A stretch of 63,868 nucleotides of DNA, filler included, from Actinomycetota bacterium (GTDB lineage: Bacteria > Actinomycetota > Acidimicrobiia > IMCC26256 > VFJJ01): assembly GCA_009886115.1 (NCBI GenBank). It is 4 parts of 4 records of this genome, joined end to end, with 100 filler letters (N's around TTAATTAATTAA, not from the genome) between each part and the next. Parts side by side here need not be neighbours in the genome. Positions count along the whole stretch, not along the records: positions 30,492 to 49,074 come from VFJJ01000183.1; positions 49,175 to 58,570 come from VFJJ01000211.1; 2 more parts are not named here. One strand, given 5' to 3'. The position numbers and the translations under genes were made by a program. How positions within the stretch are numbered: position 1 is the first letter of the stretch; each line of letters opens with the position of its first letter. The notes beneath the pieces were generated by a model that searched no databases, was not told the DNA's origin, and saw only the letters and a list, made by a program, of their open reading frames with translations. Positions 39,950 through 49,176 of this stretch are shown one piece after another.

Positions 39950-40645
39950 ATGGCATCTGTCGTCCTCGTCGAAGACGATCATCGCATCCGAGCGGCGCTG
40001 GTACGGGCCCTGAGCGAGCGAGGCCATGACGTCGTGGCCTCGGCAACCGGGATGGAGGGGCTGAACCGCATCGTCGAGCGGTCTCCCGACCTGGTGATCC
40101 TCGATCTCGGCCTCCCCGACATCCAAGGGAGCGAGCTGCTCAAGATGGTCCGAGCGGTGAGCGCGGTGCCGGTGATCGTGGCGACGGCTCGTGACGACGA
40201 CGCGGAGATCGTCCGCACGCTCGACGCCGGGGCCGACGACTACGTGGTGAAGCCGTTCTCGGCTGAGCACCTCGACGCTCGCATGCGCGCCGTGTTGCGA
40301 CGAGGCCAGGGCGACCAGGCCGATGGCGAAGGAACCCCGCCGCTCGAGGTCGGCGATCTGGTCGTCGACGAGCGTTCGCGTGTTGCCACGATGGACGGTC
40401 GACTGCTCGACCTCACCCGCAAGGAGTTCGACGTGCTCGTGTACCTGGCCGCCCGGCCCGGTACCGTCGTGAGCCGCCGGGAGCTCCTCGCCGAGGTGTG
40501 GCGGCAGCCCTATGGGGGGGCCGACAAGACCGTCGACGTGCACCTCTCATGGTTGCGCCGCAAGCTGGGTGAGACGGCCGCCGAACCCCGGTACCTGCAC
40601 ACGGTGCGCGGTGTGGGAGTCAAGCTCGTCGCTCCCGAGCTCTGA
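39950..40645 (+). CDS. OmpR-family response regulator
   Basis: LVEDD, ILDLGLP, GADDYVVKPF, winged helix VDVHLSWLRRKL..TVRGVG. Confidence 0.95.
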   Translation: MASVVLVEDDHRIRAALVRALSERGHDVVASATGMEGLNRIVERSPDLVILDLGLPDIQGSELLKMVRAVSAVPVIVATARDDDAEIVRTLDAGADDYVVKPFSAEHLDARMRAVLRRGQGDQADGEGTPPLEVGDLVVDERSRVATMDGRLLDLTRKEFDVLVYLAARPGTVVSRRELLAEVWRQPYGGADKTVDVHLSWLRRKLGETAAEPRYLHTVRGVGVKLVAPEL

Positions 40646-40719
40646 TCCCCGCGACACCCCATGGTCGATCTCCCGTGGTGCGATCCCAACGGTGACGGTG
40701 CCGGTCACCTGAGCCGCCC

Positions 40720-42039
40720 ATGAGGCGCCAGCTCGTCGCGGTCGCGGCAGCCACGACCTCGTTGGTGGCGCTGGCGTTCCTGATCCCGCTGGCGGTGCTG
40801 CTCGGCGGTGTGGCGCACGACCGGGCCGAGGCTGCGGCCGAGCGGGACGCTCAGGCGGTCGCGCCGGTGTTGGCCATCACCGAGGATGCACGCGAGATCC
40901 AGCTCGCGATCAGCAAGACGGTCACGGGTGGGGAAGGGCGCCTCACCGTGGTGCTCGCCGACGGCCACACCGTGGGCGCTCCGCTCGAGACGATCGGCGA
41001 CAGCATCGAGTTCGCCCGGACGAACCAGGCCTTCTCCGCCGAGATCGACGGCGGGCTCGAGGTGCTCGTCCCGGTGATCGTCGAGAAGGACCGGGAGGAG
41101 TCGATCATCGTCCTCCGGGCGTTCGTCCCGGGCAGCCGGCTGAACAAGGGCGTGTACCGCGCGTGGCTGGTCCTCACCGTCTTGGGGGTCGCCCTCGTGC
41201 TCGTCGCCGTGGGCGTCGGCGATCGGCTCGCTCGCTCGGTCGTACGGCCGGTGCTCGGACTGGCCGACGCGGCGCGCCGGCTGGGACGGGGTGATCTCAC
41301 GGCCCGCATCGCCCCGAGCGGGCCCCCCGAGATCGCCGAGGTGGGGCGGGCCTTCAACCGACTCGCCGTTCGCATCGCCGACCTGCTGGCCCAAGAGCGC
41401 GAGCTCGTCGCCGATCTCTCCCATCGTCTCCGAACGCCGCTCACCGCACTGGCGCTCGACGCCGAGGGCATCGACGACGAGGACGTGGCTCGACGCCTCA
41501 CCGACGACGTGGCCGAGCTCGAGCGGGTCGTCGATTCGATCATCGCCGAGGCTCGCCGACCGGTTCGTGAAGGCGTCGGTGTCACCTCCGACCTCTCAGC
41601 TGTCACCCGCAACCGGGTCGACTTCTGGTCGGCCCTGGCCGAAGATCAGGGACGGATGTGGGCCGTCGAGATCTCGCCCGGACTCCACGTGGTCGACGTG
41701 CACCCGAACGATCTCGAGGCGCTCGTCGACGCGCTCCTCGGCAACGTCTTCGCCCACACCGACGAGGCGGTCGGATTCCGGGTCACCGTCGCTGGCCGGA
41801 GGAACCGCTCGAGCGTGCTGGTGGTGGAGGACAACGGGCCGGGGTTCCGCCAGCCCGACGACGCCGACGAGGGGCTCGAATCGCTGACGGTGCGCGGGGT
41901 GAGCTTCGCCGGATCGAGCGGGCTCGGTCTCGACATCGTTCGCCGCACCGCCGAGGCGGCCGGCGGTTCCGTCCTCCTCTCGAATCGACCCTCTGGTGGC
42001 GCCCGGGTCGAGGTCGAGTTTCCTCCCCCCGAGAGCTGA
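40720..42039 (+). CDS. HAMP-domain sensor histidine kinase
   Basis: Two TM segments, HAMP, SHRLRTPL H-box, EDNGPG, SGLGL. Confidence 0.94.
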   Translation: MRRQLVAVAAATTSLVALAFLIPLAVLLGGVAHDRAEAAAERDAQAVAPVLAITEDAREIQLAISKTVTGGEGRLTVVLADGHTVGAPLETIGDSIEFARTNQAFSAEIDGGLEVLVPVIVEKDREESIIVLRAFVPGSRLNKGVYRAWLVLTVLGVALVLVAVGVGDRLARSVVRPVLGLADAARRLGRGDLTARIAPSGPPEIAEVGRAFNRLAVRIADLLAQERELVADLSHRLRTPLTALALDAEGIDDEDVARRLTDDVAELERVVDSIIAEARRPVREGVGVTSDLSAVTRNRVDFWSALAEDQGRMWAVEISPGLHVVDVHPNDLEALVDALLGNVFAHTDEAVGFRVTVAGRRNRSSVLVVEDNGPGFRQPDDADEGLESLTVRGVSFAGSSGLGLDIVRRTAEAAGGSVLLSNRPSGGARVEVEFPPPES

Positions 42040-42125
42040 GCGCTCGGCGGGCCGGGGCGACCGCGGCGTGGGCCCGGCTGCTCAGCCCATGGCCGCCCGA
42101 CGGCTGACTGTCGCGACGGTCGATA

Positions 42126-42755
42126 TCAAGAAGCCGTGACCGACTCGGCGATCGCCAGGAGCTCGTCGCGCCCGACCGCTCCGCCGGCGACGATCCGGAT
42201 GGTGATCTCCGGCGTCTCGTCCCAGGTGACGGTGCGCACGGCGCCGGTCAGCTCGGTGGTCTCGATGATCGCTCGGTGGTTGCCGACGGCTACCTCCTCG
42301 ATCTGGGCGCTCGACGGGGCGTTCGACCCGACCCCGGCACCCGACGTCGATGTCGACGACGGCAGGGTCGACTCGACGGCGCCGTGGTCGATCGTGAGCA
42401 CGTCGATCGTGTCGGACGCGGTGTCCAGACCGCCGGGCGAGCGCTCGTAGTGCAGCACGTAGACGGCGGTCGGCTCGCCGAGGGCCGGTCCGTCACGCGC
42501 GGGACCGGGGAGCGCGACGTCGGCCGCCGCGCCACCCTGCTCGTTCACGAGGGTGAAGCCCGCGGGCGCCGGCGACGGCCGGTACACCTGCCGGACCTGC
42601 GTTGCGGGCTGCGAGGTCGGTCGGGGACCGATCGTCTGCGTCGGATCGAGCCGCGAACGTTCGGGTCGGTGCAGCGTGAGGGCCAGCATCACCACGACGG
42701 CGACGGGGAGGGCCACCGATACGGCTCTGACGGCCGCTCGCCTCCTGAGACGCAC
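42126..42755 (-). CDS. Hypothetical single-TM exported protein
   Basis: N-terminal TM helix; ends ELLAIAESV; TACGCT 6 nt before GTG. Confidence 0.6.
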   Translation of the reverse strand: MRLRRRAAVRAVSVALPVAVVVMLALTLHRPERSRLDPTQTIGPRPTSQPATQVRQVYRPSPAPAGFTLVNEQGGAAADVALPGPARDGPALGEPTAVYVLHYERSPGGLDTASDTIDVLTIDHGAVESTLPSSTSTSGAGVGSNAPSSAQIEEVAVGNHRAIIETTELTGAVRTVTWDETPEITIRIVAGGAVGRDELLAIAESVTAS

Positions 42756-42770
42756 GAGTGCAGCGTAGCG

Positions 42771-44009
42771 TCACCCTCTGATGGCGCCTTCCAGCGCCTC
42801 GGCGAAGCGGTCGAGCTCGTCGTCGGTGTTGTAGTAGTGCACCGATGCCCGCAGGAGCGTGTCGAGGCCCCGGGCGCCCATGTCGAGCAGGGCCGAGGGT
42901 GCCGACGCCACCGAGGTGTTGAAACCGCGGGAGCGGAGGATCGTCTTGAGCTCGGCGTGGTCGGCGCCGTCGACCCGGCAGGTGACGATGCCGCTGCGGA
43001 CGTGTCCGGTGTCGGTGAGCTCCACGCGAGCCAGCGCGCCGAGTCGGGCTCGCAGACCGGTCGCGAGCATGTCGATCCTCTCGGCGACGGCGTCGATGCC
43101 CAGGTCGAGCAGGTAGTCGATGGCCACGCCGAGCCCGAGCTTGGCGGCCTGGGACGTCTCGAACTGCTCGAAGCGTCGAGCGCCGGCTCGCAGCTCGTAG
43201 CGGTCGGGGGCTGTCCAGTCGGCGGAGTGGTAGTCGAGCCCGATCGGTTCGACGGCTTCTGCCAGCTCCCGCCGCACGTACAAGAACCCCGTCCCCCGAG
43301 GGCCGCGCAGGAACTTGCGGCCCGGGACCGCCAACGCGTCGCAGCCGATCGCCTCCACGTCGACGGGGAGCTGCCCGATCGACTGGCAGGCGTCGAGCAG
43401 GTACGGCACCCCGGCGCTCCGACAGACCACGCCGGCCTCGGCGACCGGGTTGACGAGGCCGCCGTGGGTGGGGACGTGGGTGAGCGCGACCAGGCGGGTG
43501 CGGTCGTCGATGCTGGCCCGGAGGCCCTCGATGTCGAGCGCGCCGGCCTCGTCGGTGGGGGCGACGACGATCTCGATCCCGAGCAGGCGGCGGGCCTGGA
43601 GGAAGCCGAGATAGTTGCTCGCGTACTCCGCACGGCTGCAGACGACCCGGTCGCCGGGCTGCCATCGTTGACCGAGGGCGAGCGCCCAGAACACCGCGTT
43701 CCAGGCCCGGGTGGCGTTCTCGGAGAAGGCGATCTCGTCAGGCGATGCGCCGATCAACTCGGCCGCGGCATCGGCGTAGCGATCGAGACGGGGTGCTTCG
43801 AGGTCCGCGGCCTCGTAGCCGCCGGTGAGCGCCTCGAGCTCGAGATGGCCGATCATCGCCTCGAGCACGGCCCGCGTCGGCAGCGAAGCCCCGGCGTTGT
43901 TCAGGTGCACGACGCGTTCGCAACCCGGGGTGTCGCTCCGGGCCTTCTCGACATCGATCGACCGGGTGCGGGGTCGGTCTGTTCCCTCGGGATTGCGGGT
44001 GTGTGCCAT
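42771..44009 (-). CDS. Class V PLP aminotransferase (cysteine desulfurase/selenocysteine lyase-like)
   Basis: HLNNAGA, DACQSIGQ, GRKFLRGPRGTG, RASVHYYN. Confidence 0.92.
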   Translation of the reverse strand: MAHTRNPEGTDRPRTRSIDVEKARSDTPGCERVVHLNNAGASLPTRAVLEAMIGHLELEALTGGYEAADLEAPRLDRYADAAAELIGASPDEIAFSENATRAWNAVFWALALGQRWQPGDRVVCSRAEYASNYLGFLQARRLLGIEIVVAPTDEAGALDIEGLRASIDDRTRLVALTHVPTHGGLVNPVAEAGVVCRSAGVPYLLDACQSIGQLPVDVEAIGCDALAVPGRKFLRGPRGTGFLYVRRELAEAVEPIGLDYHSADWTAPDRYELRAGARRFEQFETSQAAKLGLGVAIDYLLDLGIDAVAERIDMLATGLRARLGALARVELTDTGHVRSGIVTCRVDGADHAELKTILRSRGFNTSVASAPSALLDMGARGLDTLLRASVHYYNTDDELDRFAEALEGAIRG

Positions 44010-44096
44010 GGGTCATCTTGGCTGACCGACCGGCGCCGGCCACGGTGAGTTTCGGCGGCTGCAGCGACCGGGGGAGGCCACGGTAGGCTCGCCGCA

Positions 44097-44810
44097 ATGG
44101 GCCAGCTCGACGATCTCCTCGCGGTGCAGCACCACGACACAGCGAGCGACGGGCTGCGGCGCCGGCGCGATCGGCTCCCGGTCCGGGCCGAGGTGACGGC
44201 ACGAGAGCTCGAGGCGTCGGCGGTGCTGGTGACCATCGCCGAGGTCAAGTCCGAGCGCGACGTCGTCCTGCGCCGTGAGAAGGCCCTCGACGACGAGGCC
44301 CGATCGCTCGAGGCCAAGGCCGCTGAAGCCGACGCCGTGCTCTACTCCGGCTCGATCACCAGTCCCAAGGAGTTGCAGGCGCTCCAGGCCGACGTCGAGT
44401 CGATCCACCGGCACCGCCGGGCGGTCGAGGACGACGAGCTCGAGGTGATCGTCGAGCGCGAGGAGCTCGACAACCGCGTGAAGGACCTCGAGGACGAGCT
44501 GGCCACGATCTCGACCGGCGCTGACGAGCTCCGCGCTGCCCTGGCCGAGGATGAGCGAGAGATCGACTCGGCGCTGGCCGAGCACGCCGCGGCCCGAGCC
44601 GAGCTGGTCGTCCATCTCCCGCCGTCGTTGCTCGAGCTGTACGAGAAGATCAGGATCAAGAACGACGGCATCGGCGCGGGCAAGCTCGTCGGCACCACCT
44701 GTCAGGGCTGCCATCTCGTGCTCCCGACCGTCGAGGTCGACCACGCCCGACGGGCGCCGGCCGACGAGGTCGTGCAGTCGAGCACCTGCGGCTGCATCCT
44801 CGTGCGCTGA
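44097..44810 (+). CDS. Coiled-coil C4-type zinc-ribbon protein (Rv2229c/DUF164-like)
   Basis: LYSGSITSPKELQALQ, LYEKIR, CQGC...STCGCIL. Confidence 0.85.
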   Translation: MGQLDDLLAVQHHDTASDGLRRRRDRLPVRAEVTARELEASAVLVTIAEVKSERDVVLRREKALDDEARSLEAKAAEADAVLYSGSITSPKELQALQADVESIHRHRRAVEDDELEVIVEREELDNRVKDLEDELATISTGADELRAALAEDEREIDSALAEHAAARAELVVHLPPSLLELYEKIRIKNDGIGAGKLVGTTCQGCHLVLPTVEVDHARRAPADEVVQSSTCGCILVR

Positions 44811-44835
44811 CACCGGGCCACCCGGGTAGCTGGCG

Positions 44836-45327
44836 ATGATCCTCTGGCATCTCGGCCTCACACCGATCGTCGTGTGGTCGGTGTTTCGTGATCCCAGGAT
44901 GGACTTCCGGTTCCTGCTCGTGGGCTCGCTGCTCCCCGACGTCGTCGATCTCGTCGCGCTCGATCCGGCCTGGGGCCATTCGCTGGTCGTCAACGCCGGA
45001 GCCCTCGTCGTCGCCCTGGTTGCCGGACGGGGGCGAAAGGCGGTGCGGCGGGCCCTGGTGGCACTGATCATCGGATCGCTGCTGCATCTGTTCCTCGACG
45101 CCGTCTGGACCGATCGTGACGTGTTCTGGTGGCCGCTCTTCGGCGCCGACGTCCCCTCGGGGAGACTGTGGCCCCGGGGCTGGAACCTCGTCGGCGAGGA
45201 GTTGGTGGGGCTCGTCGCCGTCGCCTGGTTCGTCGGGCGGTTCTCGCTGGGCGAGCCCTCCCGCCGGAGCCTGTTCCTGCGCACGGGCACCCTCGTGCCG
45301 CCCGAGAACCCCGAGGAGGCCCCGTGA
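44836..45327 (+). CDS. Membrane metal-dependent hydrolase-like protein (YdjM-like)
   Basis: GSLLPDVVD, GHSL, HLFLD, WWPL. Confidence 0.75.
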   Translation: MILWHLGLTPIVVWSVFRDPRMDFRFLLVGSLLPDVVDLVALDPAWGHSLVVNAGALVVALVAGRGRKAVRRALVALIIGSLLHLFLDAVWTDRDVFWWPLFGADVPSGRLWPRGWNLVGEELVGLVAVAWFVGRFSLGEPSRRSLFLRTGTLVPPENPEEAP

Positions 45328-45962
45328 CCCCCGTGACCCCCACGGCACCCATGATCCTGTGGGTGCGCCACGGGGAGACTGCTGCCAACCGGGACGGGCT
45401 CCTGCTGGGGCGGGACGATCCCGACCTCACCGACCATGGTCGGGAGCAGGCTCGCCAACTCGCGGCGGCTCTGGGAGCGTCGCTCCACGGTGTCGACGGA
45501 GTCCAGATCGTCAGCAGTCCCTTGCAGCGGGCCCTGACGACGGCGGCGATCGTCGCCGAGGCCGTAGCCGGCGCGTCGGTGGCGGTCGACGACCGGATCG
45601 TGGAGATGAGGTACGGCCACTACGAAGGGCGCCGGTTGAGCGAGCTTCCCGACGACGTGGTGCGACGGTGGCGCGCCGACCCCGACTTCGCTCCTCCGGA
45701 AGGCGAGAGCCTGCGGTCCGTTGGTGTTCGGGTCGGCGCGATGTGCCGTGAATGGGCCACGACCGGAGCGCCGATCCTGATCGCCGTGTCGCACGTCTCG
45801 CCGATCAAGGCGGCGGTGTGCTGGGCGCTCGGGGTCGACGATCTCGTCTCGTGGAACATGCACGTCTCCGTGGCCTCGATCACCCGTGTCGGCCAGCGGG
45901 CGGGACGGGGCTTCCTGGCCGGCTTCAACGACACGACCCACGTGCAGGTGCCGCTGCGGTGA
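45324..45962 (+). CDS. Histidine phosphatase family protein
   Basis: VRHGET, SSPLQRA, PEGES, VSH; GTGA overlap with the upstream gene. Confidence 0.92.
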   Translation: MTPVTPTAPMILWVRHGETAANRDGLLLGRDDPDLTDHGREQARQLAAALGASLHGVDGVQIVSSPLQRALTTAAIVAEAVAGASVAVDDRIVEMRYGHYEGRRLSELPDDVVRRWRADPDFAPPEGESLRSVGVRVGAMCREWATTGAPILIAVSHVSPIKAAVCWALGVDDLVSWNMHVSVASITRVGQRAGRGFLAGFNDTTHVQVPLR

Positions 45963-46067
45963 GCTCGGGGACCCGATGGGGAGCCCGCGGTTTCCCACGC
46001 TCCGTCATCGGGTAGACAACTTTTCGATTCGGGCAAGTCGCGCGCCGTTGCCTTTCGGCTGCGGAGC

Positions 46068-47333
46068 GTGATGATTACGCTCAGCTGGGAGCAGTGCGAG
46101 GGGAGCGAAACGGTGAGCAACGACACGCTCAGGGGCCTGATGGTCCGGGCGGCTGAGCTGCACGGATCCCGGCCGGTTCTGGTCGGGTCCCACGATTCGA
46201 TGTCGTTCGAGGAGCTCGCTCGAGCCCTCGACAACGCTGAGGGCACCTGTCGATCCTCGCCGGGCACCGGCATTCGCGGCGCTCGTACCGGCTGGAGACC
46301 CGGCGACGCGGAGCTCCCAGGATGTCACGCCCGAGCCGCCGGCGTCGGAGCTCTCGTCGCCGGGGCAGGCGTGGGCTCATGGCCCGCTACCCGTCAGGGT
46401 GCGGTGGTTCGGTCGGCCCGAGCCATGGCGCAGCAGTGCTCGATCGGTCCCGACGACGTCATCGAGGTCGGCGTCGCCATCGTGGAGCCCCTGGGCTTCG
46501 GGATGCTGCTCGTGGCGCTGGCATCCGGCGCCACGGTGTCGTTGCGCCCCTCGCCCGACACCACGGTGATGGTTCTCGATCAGGCCGCCCTGGTTCGCGG
46601 GCTCGGCGTGGGCTCCACAGACCGCCGAGCGTCGAAGCTCCGGTGGGCGCTGTCGAGCCCCCGGGCTTCCACCTCGCTGGCCGAGGCGTTCCGCCGGCAC
46701 TACGGGGTTCCCCTGCGCCACGTGTTCCAGACAGGGGGGGCCTTCGTGGCCGCCGATCTCGGGGCCGAGCCCACGGTTGCCGGAGGATCGGTGGGCGATC
46801 CCCTGGAGTTCAGCGGCCTCATCGTCGACGTCGTCGATCGGCAGGGCACGCGCTGCCCTCCCGGCCGCAGCGGCGACCTCGTCGTCCATCTCGGCGAGCA
46901 GTGCCCCTGCGGCAGCGGCGGTCGCCGGGTGGCGCCCGTCGCCGATGCTCGAGTCGATGGCGACCGGGCGTGCACCGACTGGGTGCCGTCGGGACAGGTC
47001 GCGCGCTTCGAGCCCTGCGGGCGTCTCCACGTGCTCGGGGCCCGTCCCGGTGCACGCAACGCGGCGGGCCGCCCGGTCGACGGGGAGCTGATCGAGCAGG
47101 TGATCTCGGCCGCCTCCGGCGTCCGTGACGTCGCGGTGGTCGAGCAGCTCATCGGCCGCGATCGCATGATCCGGGCCATCGTCGAGGTGGAGCCGGGATG
47201 CGACCGTCCGGCACTGGTCGCGTGGTGCCGCCGGCACCTCCCCGAGGATGCGGTCCCCGCCCTCTTCGAGCTCCACGCTGCTCGGGGAGCCCCGCGGTTC
47301 GTGGAGACGCGCACCCTGGGAGCGTCTCGCTGA
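46068..47333 (+). CDS. Highly degenerate AMP-binding (ANL) enzyme-like protein
   Basis: Residual SMSFEEL, LVALASGATV, EAFRRHYGVPL, IEQVISAASGVRDVAVV; P-loop and catalytic Lys lost. Confidence 0.55.
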   Translation: MMITLSWEQCEGSETVSNDTLRGLMVRAAELHGSRPVLVGSHDSMSFEELARALDNAEGTCRSSPGTGIRGARTGWRPGDAELPGCHARAAGVGALVAGAGVGSWPATRQGAVVRSARAMAQQCSIGPDDVIEVGVAIVEPLGFGMLLVALASGATVSLRPSPDTTVMVLDQAALVRGLGVGSTDRRASKLRWALSSPRASTSLAEAFRRHYGVPLRHVFQTGGAFVAADLGAEPTVAGGSVGDPLEFSGLIVDVVDRQGTRCPPGRSGDLVVHLGEQCPCGSGGRRVAPVADARVDGDRACTDWVPSGQVARFEPCGRLHVLGARPGARNAAGRPVDGELIEQVISAASGVRDVAVVEQLIGRDRMIRAIVEVEPGCDRPALVAWCRRHLPEDAVPALFELHAARGAPRFVETRTLGASR

Positions 47334-47373
47334 GAGCTGAGGCCTGGCTGAGGCCTGGCTGAGGCCCGACGCG

Positions 47374-47404
47374 CCGAGGGGGCGCCGGCCGGGCGCCCCC
47401 TCGG
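47374..47404. terminator. GC-rich hairpin between convergent genes
   Basis: CCGAGGGGGCGCC...GGCGCCCCCTCGG. Confidence 0.65.
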
Positions 47405-47436
47405 GTGCTGCGGGACTGCGGGACGGATCGGGAGGG

Positions 47437-48987
47437 CTACTCCTCGACGTCGACCCAGGTGCCGGTGACGGGGATCCAGCAGTTCACCGGAGCCGCGCAG
47501 CCGTTGTAGGTGTCGCCGTTGGCGTCGAGCGCCTGCTCCTTGGTGTTGATCTGGAGCTGCACGGCCTGCACCCTGGTGGCGTAGTACGGCTTGTCGGGGC
47601 CGAACGCGCCCTGCCCATCCGACATCATCGCGGCAGGTCCGGGCGGCAAGGCCAGGAAGGCCTCGTACAGGGACTCGTGGGTGAGGTCGGGGCCGGCGTT
47701 GGTGAGGGCCTGCTTGAGCAAGTTCACCATCGTGCACTCGTTCTGGCCGAAGTCGTTGATGAGCAGACGGCCGTCGGAGGTCTCGATGTCGTCACCGGAC
47801 GGGACGCCGGGGTACGACTCCTCGTCGTAGGTGGCGTCCCAGTGCTCGCGACACTCGGTCTCGAACTCGTTGTGCTCGCGAATGCCGCTCTTGTCGGCGA
47901 GGGCCCAGCTGTTCCAGGTCGTGATGCACGGGGCACCGGCGGCCTCGGCCGGGGTTCGGCTGGCGCCGAACGCGGTGCAGGCGGAGCTGGCGACGTCGAC
48001 GATCGTGTAGTCGAACGACGACCCGGAGGCACCGGCCTCGGTGAAGAACCCCTGGACGTTGGTGAACGGCAGCAGCACGAACACGAACTCGACCTCGGCG
48101 GCCTCGAACGTGGAGACGGCCGCCGCGGTCTCGAGGTTGATGGCCGCGGCGTCAGCCTGGAGGTTGTTGACCTCGATCTTCTCGACCTCGAAGCCCAGGT
48201 CGGTGATGTACTCCTCGACCACGTTCCCGCCGGCCTGGACACCCGGCTCGTTGCCCGAGAGGATGCCGACCTTGGCGCCTTCGGCGAGGAACCCGTCCTC
48301 GATGGCGAGCTTGGCGCCCGAACGGGCCGAGACCTCGATGGGCGTTCCCAGCGTGATCACGTTCGGGCCCGACGCTTCGATCACCGACTCGCTCAGCGAC
48401 TCGCCGTAGAACACGAAGGTGTCGTTGTCGACGGTGAGGCACGGGATGGCGCCGTTGCGGAACCCGTTGCCGTTGACGACCATGAAGACCTCTTCGTCGA
48501 GGGCGGCCGCGTTGCAGGCCTGCTCGAAGCTGGCCGGGTCGATCGGGTCCCACACGACGGTGACGTACTCGATCTGGCGCCCGTTGATGCCGCCCTCGGC
48601 GTTCCAGTCGTCGAAGTAGCTGCTCCAACGCAGGGTCAGGTTGTCGGTGGTGAGCTTCTCGGGGAGGTTGATACCGGCGTCGCGGAGCCCGTCGAGGTCG
48701 GCCACGAGCATGGCGATCTTGATCGAGTCCTCGGTGACACCGGTGTCGGATGCGGTGAGCTCGACGGGCGCGGTCGTGGTCGTTTCTTCGACCGACGGGG
48801 CCGTCGTGGTCGCGTCGCCCCCGGCGGCCGCGGTGGTGGTCACCTCGACCGGAGCCGTCGTCTGGGCCGCCGTGGTGTCGGTGCCTGCGGTGTCGTCGTC
48901 GTCATCGCCACATGCGGCGGCGACCAACGACATGACGGCAACCAGCCCGATGGCGGCGATCGTTCGCCTTCTGTCTCCGAAACTCAT
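47437..48987 (-). CDS. ABC transporter substrate-binding lipoprotein (type I PBP, LivK-like)
   Basis: Lipobox AAAC-GDDDD, Thr-rich linker, GVTEDSIKI, NAEGGINGRQIE. Confidence 0.88.
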   Translation of the reverse strand: MSFGDRRRTIAAIGLVAVMSLVAAACGDDDDDTAGTDTTAAQTTAPVEVTTTAAAGGDATTTAPSVEETTTTAPVELTASDTGVTEDSIKIAMLVADLDGLRDAGINLPEKLTTDNLTLRWSSYFDDWNAEGGINGRQIEYVTVVWDPIDPASFEQACNAAALDEEVFMVVNGNGFRNGAIPCLTVDNDTFVFYGESLSESVIEASGPNVITLGTPIEVSARSGAKLAIEDGFLAEGAKVGILSGNEPGVQAGGNVVEEYITDLGFEVEKIEVNNLQADAAAINLETAAAVSTFEAAEVEFVFVLLPFTNVQGFFTEAGASGSSFDYTIVDVASSACTAFGASRTPAEAAGAPCITTWNSWALADKSGIREHNEFETECREHWDATYDEESYPGVPSGDDIETSDGRLLINDFGQNECTMVNLLKQALTNAGPDLTHESLYEAFLALPPGPAAMMSDGQGAFGPDKPYYATRVQAVQLQINTKEQALDANGDTYNGCAAPVNCWIPVTGTWVDVEE

Positions 48988-49074
48988 GAATATCCCCCTG
49001 GTGAAGTGTCCCGATGTGGACGCGAAACGATAGCGCCACCGAGCGCGTTGGGCGCGGCGCACGGCGCGGCGCAC

Positions 49075-49174
49075 NNNNNNNNNNNNNNNNNNNNNNNNNN
49101 NNNNNNNNNNNNNNNNNNTTAATTAATTAANNNNNNNNNNNNNNNNNNNNNNNNNNNNNNNNNNNNNNNNNNNN
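49075..49174. other. Artificial contig linker
   Basis: N44-TTAATTAATTAA-N44. Confidence 0.98.
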
Positions 49175-49176
49175 CC

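Noticed and set aside
42771..44009. Class V aminotransferase as the selenium donor for SelD
   Set aside because: Different contig and a broadly distributed family; there is no evidence for a link.
45963..46067. RNase P RNA expected near the zinc-ribbon/phosphatase genes
   Set aside because: No GAGGAAAGTCC core, and the gap is too short.
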